Source: Psychrobacter sp. DM4 (GTDB lineage Bacteria > Pseudomonadota > Gammaproteobacteria > Pseudomonadales > Moraxellaceae). Taken from it: DNA of 32,000 nucleotides. The position numbers and the translations under genes are program-made. The stretch is taken from assembly GCF_051307035.1 (NCBI RefSeq), contig NZ_CP195536.1, forward strand, positions 630,001-662,000, written 5' to 3'. Shown here piece by piece: positions 1 to 8,447 of the stretch (within the stretch, counting starts at the first letter, position 1; every line of letters starts with the position of its first letter). Below the pieces are notes generated by a model, which was given only the letters and a program-made list of their open reading frames with translations, did not search any database and was not told the DNA's origin.

Positions 1-57
1 GAACCTGCGACCACTACACCCCCAGTGTAGTGCGCTACCAGACTGCGCTACGCCCCG
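1..57 (-). tRNA. tRNA-Pro (anticodon GGG), 5' portion only; 3' part lies outside the window
   Basis: Reverse complement of 1-57 reads CGGGGCG-TA-GCGC-AGTCTGGTA-GCGC-A-CTACA-CTGGGGG-TGTAG-TGGTC-GCAGG-TTC. That gives an acceptor stem, D arm, anticodon arm with 7-nt loop C-U-GGG-G-G, variable loop and the start of the T arm. Confidence 0.85.
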
Positions 58-67
58 AATGACTGCT

Positions 68-95
68 ATTTTACGCAAATTTACTTTTATTGCAA
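68..95 (-). promoter_or_regulatory. sigma70-like promoter for tRNA-Pro
   Basis: On the minus strand: TTGCAA (90-95), 16-nt spacer, TAAAAT (complement of 68-73). It ends about 10 nt upstream of the mature tRNA 5' end at 57. Confidence 0.5.
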
Positions 96-149
96 GGGCT
101 ATTTATTCTACCCAAATTTAGCAATGATATTTGACGTATAGCAGTCATT

Positions 150-1652
150 TTAGCCGAGTAGCCCTTTTAAGATCTCATTCACTTGCTGCGGATTAGCACT
201 ACCACGACTGGCTTTCATCACCTGTCCAACCAGACCGTTAAAGGCTTTTTGCTTACCGCCGCGATACTCCTCCACCATCGCTTGATTATTAGCAATGACG
301 TCTTCGACGATAGCTTTAATAGCACCTGTATCGGTCTCTTGCTTGAGCCCTTTTTCTTCAATGATCTTGTCAGCGGCATCATCGCTACTACCGCCTTCGC
401 GAGCGTATAACGCGCTAAAGACCTGTTTCGCCATTTTTCCAGACAAGGTGTCATCTTTGATACGAGCGAGCAGCCCCGCCAATTGCTTAGCGCTGATAGG
501 GGAGCCTGTGATGTCTTTGTCGTCTTTGTTGAGTGCACCCAGCAGATCACCCATGACCCAGTTCGCCGTCATTTTGGCGTCCTGCGCGCCGATTTCGGTT
601 ACGACGTCTTCAAAGTAGTCGGCAAGCTTGCGGCTACCGGTCAAGATACGCGCGTCATATTCTGATAACTCAAGCTCATCCTCAAAGCGAGCACGGCGCG
701 CCACGGGCAGCTCAGGCATTGCCGCCTTTATCTGATCGATAGTGTGTTGTTCGAGACGTACGGGCGTCAAATCAGGATCAGGGAAGTAGCGATAGTCATT
801 GGCATCCTCTTTGGTACGCATGGTACGCGTCTCATCGAGATCAGGATCATAAAGCATCGTCGCCTGTACCACTTTACCACCATCCTCGATAATATCAATC
901 TGACGCTCAATCTCGCGATGGATAGCACGCTCAATGAAGCGAAACGAGTTCAAGTTTTTCAGCTCAGTACGCGTGCCAAGCTCGCCGCCAGGCTGGCGTA
1001 CCGACACGTTGCAATCACAGCGGAACGAGCCTTCTGCCATGACGGCATCTGAGATACCCAGCCACGTCACCAACTGATGAATAGCTTTGATATAAGCCAG
1101 TGCCTCATGAGCTGAGCGCATATCAGGCTCAGAGACGATTTCAATCAGCGGTGTGCCTGCACGGTTGAGATCGACGCCCGTCATACCGTCAACCGCATCA
1201 TGTACTGACTTGCCCGCGTCTTCTTCTAAATGCGCGCGAGTGATGCCCATGCGTTTAGGGTACTCGTTTTTGTCGCCCTCGTTGACGACCACATCGATAT
1301 AGCCTTTGCCAACGATAGGATGCGCCATTTGGGTGATCTGATAGCCTTTAGGCAAGTCAGGATAAAAGTAGTTTTTGCGATCAAAGGTATTGAACAGTCC
1401 CAATTCTGCGTTGACACCGATACCGAACTTTAGCGCGCGATCCAACACGCCTCTGTTCAATACTGGCAAGACACCTGGTAGCCCTAAATCGACGATGCTC
1501 GCTTGCGAGTTTGGCTCATGACCGAAATCCGTTGGCGCGCTTGAGAATATCTTACTTTCGGTATTCAGCTGGCAATGAATCTCAATACCGATGATCACTT
1601 CATAGCCGTCGACGAGCAGTTCTTCACGAACAGCAAACTCTGTCATTTCCAT
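150..1652 (-). CDS. gatB: Asp-tRNA(Asn)/Glu-tRNA(Gln) amidotransferase subunit B
   Basis: 500-aa ORF with typical GatB sequence ([29 protein letters not shown]-terminal YqeY-like tail). AGGA lies about 9 nt upstream of the ATG. Confidence 0.97.
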   Translation of the reverse strand: MEMTEFAVREELLVDGYEVIIGIEIHCQLNTESKIFSSAPTDFGHEPNSQASIVDLGLPGVLPVLNRGVLDRALKFGIGVNAELGLFNTFDRKNYFYPDLPKGYQITQMAHPIVGKGYIDVVVNEGDKNEYPKRMGITRAHLEEDAGKSVHDAVDGMTGVDLNRAGTPLIEIVSEPDMRSAHEALAYIKAIHQLVTWLGISDAVMAEGSFRCDCNVSVRQPGGELGTRTELKNLNSFRFIERAIHREIERQIDIIEDGGKVVQATMLYDPDLDETRTMRTKEDANDYRYFPDPDLTPVRLEQHTIDQIKAAMPELPVARRARFEDELELSEYDARILTGSRKLADYFEDVVTEIGAQDAKMTANWVMGDLLGALNKDDKDITGSPISAKQLAGLLARIKDDTLSGKMAKQVFSALYAREGGSSDDAADKIIEEKGLKQETDTGAIKAIVEDVIANNQAMVEEYRGGKQKAFNGLVGQVMKASRGSANPQQVNEILKGLLG

Positions 1653-1992
1653 TGTAAAATCCTATCAAAACATTAAAATAAATAATTATTAGGTTATAAC
1701 GTGTTATTCGTTAGTTGTTATCAACATTTGCATAAAATTCTTGGAGCTAATATCGCTTTTCGCTACTATCTGCTCATCTAACCGCTGCGAGGGCTAGCGT
1801 TTGCCATGTCTCTTGCTCCGCGTAGCCATAGCAAAACGAAGCCCTCACAATACGCTTATCCGAGCAGTATATCCGCTTCAATCGCGGCTAAACGACCTCG
1901 TTATAGCAGGTCTCACTATTCATTAGTACCAATGTTCATTAGTACCAGTCAACTCATTCACGCTAGTGGTACACAGACCACATTCTATGGCT

Positions 1993-2331
1993 CTAATAAC
2001 TATTCATCATTTCGGTGTAAGTTTCTGAGAAAACGTCGCTATCTCCACCACTCTGATAAAAAGCGGGGATGACGTAACTTAGCAAGATTTTAAAATTACC
2101 TTGCAAGAACAGACTATTTACCAAAGCCTCGATTTGTTTGGTATCGCCTTTTTCAAAGCCATAAGGGGCAATCGTCTCTTCAAACTTGTTATAAAAGGTT
2201 TTAAAGAAGCCTTTATTATCTTCAAAATTATTCTCATGAAACACCTCTAAGTCTCTAAGCTCTGTCTGTAAGGTGTTCGCTTGATCATCATCTAAGCCGT
2301 AGTCTTGTTTTAACATCTCGTTAATGTTCAT
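1993..2331 (-). CDS. hypothetical acidic 112-aa protein, family not recognised
   Basis: Intact ORF in the same orientation as gatA/gatB. GAGGA lies 6 nt upstream of the ATG (reverse complement of 2338-2342). No TM or signal segment and no motif I can name. Confidence 0.6.
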   Translation of the reverse strand: MNINEMLKQDYGLDDDQANTLQTELRDLEVFHENNFEDNKGFFKTFYNKFEETIAPYGFEKGDTKQIEALVNSLFLQGNFKILLSYVIPAFYQSGGDSDVFSETYTEMMNSY

Positions 2332-2415
2332 CTTATATCCTCATTAGAGTCAAATTCTCGCTCGTATAAATCGTATCATTGAATACGCTAAGTGATTCAA
2401 CTACATCCATCAGTG

Positions 2416-3912
2416 TCACACGTTTTGCTGAGCAATAGCAGAATGTTGCAAATGATGATCAGTATGCTGTTGAAACAGATGTGCGGTGGCGAGCAGTTTG
2501 CTCTCTTGCCAATACTGCCCGATCAATTGCAAGCCGACAGGCAAACCTTCAGACGTTAGACCAACGGGCTGACTCAGTGCGGGCAAGCCTGCTAGGTTGA
2601 CGCCGATAGTATAGACATCCCCTAAATACATCGTCGCAGGGTCGAGGTTATCGCTGAGCTTATAAGCAGCAGTCGGGGACGTAGGACTGGCAATGACATC
2701 ACAATTAGCAAAAGCCTCATCAAAGTCTTTGATAATAAGACGGCGAATCTTTTGTGCTTTGGTGTAATAAGCATCAAAATAGCCTGCCGATAATGCGTAA
2801 GTCCCCGTCAGGATGCGGCGCTGTACCTCAGGACCAAAACCCTCAGAGCGCGAGCGCGTATAGAGGTCAGTCAAATCCTTAGGATTCTCGCAGCGATAGC
2901 CAAAGCGCACGCCATCGAAACGCGATAGGTTAGAGGACGCCTCAGCAGGGGCGAGCATATAGTAAGTGGCAAGGGTGATGTCAGGATCTGTGATATTGAC
3001 CTCTACAATAGTCGCGCCTAGCTCCTCGTACTTTTGCAACGCGGCTTTTACCGTTTGCTCGACATCGCGGTCGAGTCCTTTGCCGAAGTATGCCTTGGCG
3101 ACACCGATACGTAGATCGGCGAAAGGCTTGTCACCTGCTTTGGCTTCTGCGTCATTGAGGTCTTGCACATAGTCTGGAATGTCATGCTTGACTGAGGTTG
3201 CATCGCGCTCATCGTAGCTGACCATCGGCTGGAGCAAGTACGCGCAGTCTTTAGCGCTACGCCCCATGCTACCGGCTTGATCGAAGCTTGAGGCATACGC
3301 AATCATTCCAAAGCGGGAAACACGACCATAAGTCGGTTTGATACCAGTTAAGCCGCAAAACGAGGCAGGTTGACGAATAGAGCCGCCTGTATCGCTACCG
3401 GTTGCGACAGGGACGAATCCTGCGGCGACGGCCGCCGCGCTACCACCAGAGGAGCCGCCAGGGACGCGCTCAAGATTCCAAGGATTTTGCACAGTACCGT
3501 AATATGAGCTGCTGTTGTCCGAGCCCATCGCAAACTCATCCATATTGAGCTTACCAAGGCTAATCATGCCTGCCTGATCGATGTTAGAGACGATCGTCGC
3601 ATCATAAGGCGAGACAAAGTTATGGAGCATCTTAGAGCCGCAAGTCGTCAATACGCCTTGAGTACAAAAGATGTCTTTGTGCGCCATTGGCATACCTAGC
3701 AGCAAGCGCTTGTCCCCTTGCGCGCGTAGCTCATCAGCTGCTTTTGCCTGCGCGCGCGCAGTCTCAAAGGTCGTAGTGATAAAACTATTAACCTTGTTGT
3801 CTAACGCCTCGATGCGTTTGATGTAGTGCTCAGTTAATTCCGTGCTACTAAATTGCTTGTTTTGTAGACCTGTGATTAATTGCTGGGTGCTTAAAAGATG
3901 TATCTCAGACAT
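2416..3912 (-). CDS. gatA: Glu-tRNA(Gln)/Asp-tRNA(Asn) amidotransferase subunit A
   Basis: 498-aa ORF with the amidase signature ([24 protein letters not shown]). Confidence 0.97.
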   Translation of the reverse strand: MSEIHLLSTQQLITGLQNKQFSSTELTEHYIKRIEALDNKVNSFITTTFETARAQAKAADELRAQGDKRLLLGMPMAHKDIFCTQGVLTTCGSKMLHNFVSPYDATIVSNIDQAGMISLGKLNMDEFAMGSDNSSSYYGTVQNPWNLERVPGGSSGGSAAAVAAGFVPVATGSDTGGSIRQPASFCGLTGIKPTYGRVSRFGMIAYASSFDQAGSMGRSAKDCAYLLQPMVSYDERDATSVKHDIPDYVQDLNDAEAKAGDKPFADLRIGVAKAYFGKGLDRDVEQTVKAALQKYEELGATIVEVNITDPDITLATYYMLAPAEASSNLSRFDGVRFGYRCENPKDLTDLYTRSRSEGFGPEVQRRILTGTYALSAGYFDAYYTKAQKIRRLIIKDFDEAFANCDVIASPTSPTAAYKLSDNLDPATMYLGDVYTIGVNLAGLPALSQPVGLTSEGLPVGLQLIGQYWQESKLLATAHLFQQHTDHHLQHSAIAQQNV

Positions 3913-3971
3913 AAGAGTTTGTCCGTCATATGTTAGGGTTATCGATAAATAGGAGGGGTGCTAAGCGCAGA

Positions 3972-4295
3972 CTATTCGATCACTTGTGGTACTAAGTACA
4001 GACTATTTTCAACAGCAGGCGCGATTGATTGATTACGCTCGCGGTTGATATCGTGATTGGCCACGTCAGCACGAAAGTCTTGATAGACCTCATGAATGTT
4101 AGATAAAGGCTTGACATCCGCCGTATCAACACTCTCAAGCGTCTGCATAAGGGTCAAAACCTTGCTGATCTCGTTGGCATAGCTACCGGCTGTATCTTCA
4201 TCGATACCCAAACGGGCTAGGCGAGCCACTTCTATGATCTCTTGACGGCTAACATTGCTGTTATTAGCGTCAGTTTCATGCGCTTGTTGTGACAT
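3972..4295 (-). CDS. gatC: amidotransferase subunit C
   Basis: 107-aa ORF directly upstream of gatA with GatC-like sequence (VARLARLGIDEDT...KPLSN...R.D). N-terminus is slightly extended. Confidence 0.9.
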   Translation of the reverse strand: MSQQAHETDANNSNVSRQEIIEVARLARLGIDEDTAGSYANEISKVLTLMQTLESVDTADVKPLSNIHEVYQDFRADVANHDINRERNQSIAPAVENSLYLVPQVIE

Positions 4296-4871
4296 AAAAT
4301 CTCCGATTTAAGAACATTGCAAGATTGTAGACAATAACGACTACTCTCAAACGAGTCATAAAAAACTAGGGTACAAAAGCATATTTGTAGTATGCGTTTA
4401 TTATAAAGCATCTATCCTAATTTTACAGAGCCAAGTTTACAAAGCTGGGTTTGTATAGGAAAAGACCTATTTCAATGTCCGCTATCATAAAGAGATAGTC
4501 TAGATGCTTAAAGATTGATTTATTATCAAGTGTTTATATGCAACAGTATTCAAGGTATGATAATGAGCAGTCAAAATTGGGTAGTCAAACAAAGTGCTTA
4601 GTCAGCTATTTGCTCGTATCTTATTTAGATACTAGCATCTAACGAGGTGTTATTACGCCGTAGAGGCAAATAGCACTGTTTTTTTCAAGCCAAATCGGTA
4701 TAATTTAGTCCAATTAAATTTTTGTTGTTTAGGTTCGATCTATTAGGCTTACAAGCCCTCAATATTGAAGAGGGTATTGGACATCAAAGGGGCTACAACT
4801 CCTTAATCAAGGCTAATAAGAACGACTTAGCTTCTCATTCGCCTCATCGCAAGACGCTGGATATATTAGTC

Positions 4872-5900
4872 ATGAACCTGTTTGGATTTTTATCAAATAA
4901 TATCGCAATCGATCTCGGTACTGCGAACACCTTAATTTTTATTCCTGGTAAAGGCGTTGTGCTCAACGAGCCAACCGTCGTTGCACTGCGAAGTAACCGC
5001 ACGCAAAATCCTACTGTAGCGGCTGTTGGGCTTGATGCCAAGCAGATGCTAGGTCGTACACCTGCCAATATCACCGCTATTCGCCCGCTAAAAGACGGTG
5101 TGATCGCTGATTTTGAAGTGACGCAAAAGATGCTCAAGCATTTTATTGCTAAAGTAAAGGCCAAGCGCTTTATGGCGCAGCCTAATGTTGTGGTTTGTGT
5201 GCCTTGCAAATCTACTTTGGTAGAGCGCAAAGCTATTCGCGAAGCAGTCTCATCAGCGGGTGCTAGCAAAGTGCTCTTGTTAGAGGAACCTATGGCTGCT
5301 GCAATTGGTGCTGGCATGCCTGTCCACGAAGCAAGCGGCTCTATGGTCGTTGATGTCGGCGGCGGTACGACAGAGATTGCGGTCATCGCGCTCTCAGGCT
5401 GCGTCTATGCTGAGTCTATTCGCATCGGCGGCGATATGTTCGACGAGGCCATCATTACCCACGTACGCCGTACTCACGGCTGCGTCATTGGTGAGACGAC
5501 TGCTGAGCGTATTAAGCAAGAAGTCGGCTCAGCGCTCAACGAAGACAGCCAACTAGAAGTAGAAGTGCGCGGACGCAGTATGGCAGAGGGTGTGCCCAAG
5601 ACCTTTACGGTCAATTCAGAAGAGGTCCAAAAGGCCTTAAGCGATCCCTTGAGCGGTATTGTCAGTGCGGTAAAAGCGGCCCTAGAGCAAACCCCGCCAG
5701 AGCTGTCATCTGACATCGCTGAACGCGGTATTGTGTTGACCGGTGGCGGCGCTTTGCTACGTGACTTAGATAAGCTGATCTCAAGAGAGACAGGTCTACC
5801 AGTCACTGTAGCAGAAGATCCGTTGACTTGCGTGAGTCGCGGCGGCGGTATAGCGCTTGAGTTTATCAACAATAAAAGCTTGAATATGATCTTTGTATAA
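4872..5900 (+). CDS. mreB: rod-shape determining actin-like protein MreB
   Basis: [23 protein letters not shown] aligns with the E. coli MreB N-terminus. The track ORF starts at TTG 4722, but the in-frame ATG 4872 gives the canonical length (342 aa). Confidence 0.95.
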   Translation: MNLFGFLSNNIAIDLGTANTLIFIPGKGVVLNEPTVVALRSNRTQNPTVAAVGLDAKQMLGRTPANITAIRPLKDGVIADFEVTQKMLKHFIAKVKAKRFMAQPNVVVCVPCKSTLVERKAIREAVSSAGASKVLLLEEPMAAAIGAGMPVHEASGSMVVDVGGGTTEIAVIALSGCVYAESIRIGGDMFDEAIITHVRRTHGCVIGETTAERIKQEVGSALNEDSQLEVEVRGRSMAEGVPKTFTVNSEEVQKALSDPLSGIVSAVKAALEQTPPELSSDIAERGIVLTGGGALLRDLDKLISRETGLPVTVAEDPLTCVSRGGGIALEFINNKSLNMIFV

Positions 5901-6001
5901 AGATTTATAGCTTGCACCGCGTCATTATTTATTAAAGGTAGCCTGCTGTGCTGCCTTTAATGCCATTAACCCTGCTTCAAATATTTGATATTAGACTCCC
6001 T

Positions 6002-6978
6002 ATGACCCCAAGTATTTTTGCCCGTCAACCTCTATCACTACGTATCACTGCGATTGTGTTGATCGTAGCCTTGATATTGATGTGGTTTGATAGCAAAAAT
6101 CCAGAATGGTTCAGCCCTATACGTAATACCAGTCATGCAGCGATGCAACCTATCTACGAGCTATCATTACTACCCAGTTATGCGGTGCATTGGGTTTCAG
6201 GTCGTACGCAGTCAAAAGAGGTGCTGCGCCGCGAAAACGTGCAGCTCAAATCACAACTACTACATGCGCAGGCCAAACTACAGCAGCAAGACTATATCTT
6301 GGCGCAAAATGCTCGCTTGCAAGGTATTTTGTCAACGACCAAGCCTGAGCAATTTGAGCTCAATCTAGCGCAAGTCATCGGTACCGATACCAATTTACTC
6401 AAGCAAATTGTAGTGTTGAATAAAGGCAAGCAAGACGGCGTACAAGTGGGGCAAACCGTTATCGATGAAGACGGCATCTTAGGTCAAATTATCAATGTTT
6501 ATCCCAATACTAGTCGCTTGTTGTTGATTACTGATGAGCAGCAGTCTGTTGCCGTCACGATCAAGCGTACCGGTCAGCGTGCTATCGTTACAGGCAAAGG
6601 CATACCGACCTCACTACATCTAAATTACGTGTTCAAAACCTCCGATGTTCGCGTGGGTGATGAGCTAGTCTCCTCAGGCTTGGGGGACGGATTCCAGCAG
6701 GGTACCGAGTAGGGCGCATCACCATCATCAAAGACACGCAGGCCGACAACTTTAGAACTATCGAGGTGACCCCTGCCGCCAACTTCGTTGACAATGCCTA
6801 CGTGCTGATTTTACAAGACAAGATGACAGAGTCTTTCCCATTACCGCAGACTGGAAACATAGCTAGTGCGAATACGAACACTGACACAAGTAACAGTACT
6901 GAAAGTGATAATTTAGACGATGGTAATAGTGATACGGCAACGACAAAGACTGCACTGACAACTACCAACACTAATTAA
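6002..6978 (+). pseudogene. mreC: rod-shape protein MreC, reading frame broken by a 1-nt shortfall in a G5 run (6682-6686)
   Basis: The N-terminal part (frame of 5948-6712) ends ...VSSGLGDGFQQGTE*. The next frame, open from 6664, reads GGRIPAGYRVGRITIIKDTQADNFRTIEVTPAANF..., which continues the conserved MreC motif SGLGGR.P.GY.VG. The 6002-6978 span is 977 nt, one short of a multiple of 3. Start 6002 (MTPSIFARQPLSLRITAIVL) is chosen by similarity to the E. coli MreC N-terminus. Confidence 0.85.
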
Positions 6979-7112
6979 AGACTCAGGCAACCGTTTCGAT
7001 TGATAGCCGATTTGAGCCGTTATGGTTTAAGAAACGACTATCTAATAAGTGATTATTTTACAAGTAGCTTTTCAATAAGTAGCGTTTTAATAAGTGGTTT
7101 AGGTAAGCTTCT

Positions 7113-7598
7113 ATGGCGTATTCCGATTCTGGACAACCAACTGGACTTTTGTTATTGGCAATAGTTATAAGTTTCGTCGTCGCCTCTTCACTCAATGTCT
7201 ATCCTCTCAACTCAAGTATGGCAACCTTACGACCTATGATTATGGTCATGGTACTCATATTCTGGTTGCTCTTTCAGCCGCGGTACATAGGGGTCTTCAG
7301 CGCTTTTGTAATTGGCATCATTGCAGACTTGCTCATGGATACACGTCTAGGCCAGCAAGCCTTTGCCGCTGTCGTCGTCGCCTTTTTTATTAAGGTTGGT
7401 AGTATTTACCTCAAAGAGCTGAGAACGAGTAGTGCTTGGTTACTGGCCTCAGCAGCGCTTATTGTATTTCAGTTGAACGTATGGCTATTACAGATGTTTA
7501 CCCAAGGTGTGTTCGTCGCTCAATCTGGACTGTCTCTACTTATGAGTATCTTGAGCTGGCCATTAGTACTTTTTGTACTACGCAAATTTGCTCGTTAG
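7113..7598 (+). CDS. mreD: rod-shape protein MreD
   Basis: 161-aa polytopic hydrophobic ORF in the canonical position after mreC. Confidence 0.85.
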   Translation: MAYSDSGQPTGLLLLAIVISFVVASSLNVYPLNSSMATLRPMIMVMVLIFWLLFQPRYIGVFSAFVIGIIADLLMDTRLGQQAFAAVVVAFFIKVGSIYLKELRTSSAWLLASAALIVFQLNVWLLQMFTQGVFVAQSGLSLLMSILSWPLVLFVLRKFAR

Positions 7599-7671
7599 GT
7601 TGTATTCGTTCAATACTCTTATTATCAATTTATCACATTAAAACTTATCACATGAATACAAGAGAGCAGTG

Positions 7672-8331
7672 ATGAATATCATTTTAGCTTCAGGATCGCC
7701 GCGTCGCCGTGAACTACTAGATAGTGTCTCCTTGGATTTTACCGTTATGAGTGTCGACATTGATGAGGCACCGCAAGATAACGAGTTACCATCGGCTTAT
7801 ATCGAGCGCATGGTAGCTACTAAAGCGCAAGCTGCAATCGCAAAAGTACGTGCCGATGCTAGCGATTGTAGCGCCTTGCCTAGCGATTTGATTATTCTTA
7901 CTGCTGATACCATTGGTGTATTACCCGATGGTCTGACGGTACTTGTCAAGCCAACAGATCGTACACATGCCTATGATATGTGGCAGCAGATGTCTGACAA
8001 TACTCATGAGGTTTGGACTTGCGTTCAAGCGACACATTTGTCGTTATCAAAAAACTCTCAAACTGATTCAAATCAGATGTATGTCGATACAGTCACTGTC
8101 GATCGGATTACAGAACGCACTGAAGTGACGTTCGTTCCACTGACTCTTGATATGATGAGCAAGTATTGGGACAGCGGTGAGCCTGCTGACAAAGCGGGCG
8201 CTTATGGTATCCAAGGACTGGCTGCTGCTTGGGTCACTCATATTAATGGGAGTTATACCAATGTCGTCGGCTTACCACTAGCGCAAACGCTATCTTTAAT
8301 TAATACCATAAAAAATTCAAAAGCGGACTGA
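7672..8331 (+). CDS. maf: Maf-like nucleoside triphosphate pyrophosphatase (YhdE type)
   Basis: ILASGSPRRRELL ... DKAGAYGIQG ... GSYTNVVGLPL motifs. Sits in the mreBCD-maf-rng order as in E. coli. GTG 7669 is an alternative start. Confidence 0.9.
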   Translation: MNIILASGSPRRRELLDSVSLDFTVMSVDIDEAPQDNELPSAYIERMVATKAQAAIAKVRADASDCSALPSDLIILTADTIGVLPDGLTVLVKPTDRTHAYDMWQQMSDNTHEVWTCVQATHLSLSKNSQTDSNQMYVDTVTVDRITERTEVTFVPLTLDMMSKYWDSGEPADKAGAYGIQGLAAAWVTHINGSYTNVVGLPLAQTLSLINTIKNSKAD

Positions 8332-8447
8332 CCGCAGGCGCGCACATAATGATACGTAGGTCGTGGGCAAGGGGTAGCGGCATTTGCTACACTACGACTT
8401 ATACTAAAGCATATTTCGTTATTTATTAAATGAAGAGAACAGAGGTT

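Noticed and set aside
1961-1975. TGGTAC core reminiscent of the T-box motif (GGTGGTACC) upstream of gatB
   Set aside because: Only 6 nt match. It is on the wrong strand relative to gatB, and no specifier-loop or antiterminator architecture is visible.
1806-2072. 88-aa plus-strand ORF in the gatA-gatB gap
   Set aside because: It has no Shine-Dalgarno and a low-complexity Ser/Arg/Tyr-rich composition. It overlaps the better-supported minus-strand 112-aa ORF and runs opposite to the operon, so it is likely spurious.
4722-4871. Upstream in-frame extensions of track ORFs: mreB 4722, mreC 5948, rng 8430, rplV 13540, rplN 15662, rplF 17952, secY 20025, rplQ 24360, epmC 26441, fabD 27873, acpP 29782
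   Set aside because: Alignment to well-known orthologue N-termini and the position of Shine-Dalgarno sequences support the internal starts given in the feature table. Several extensions overlap the preceding gene.
6766-6978. 70-aa ORF listed as a separate gene (MTPAANFVDNAYVLILQ...)
   Set aside because: Its frame is open back to 6664 and continues the conserved MreC sequence. It is the C-terminal part of frameshifted mreC, not an independent gene.
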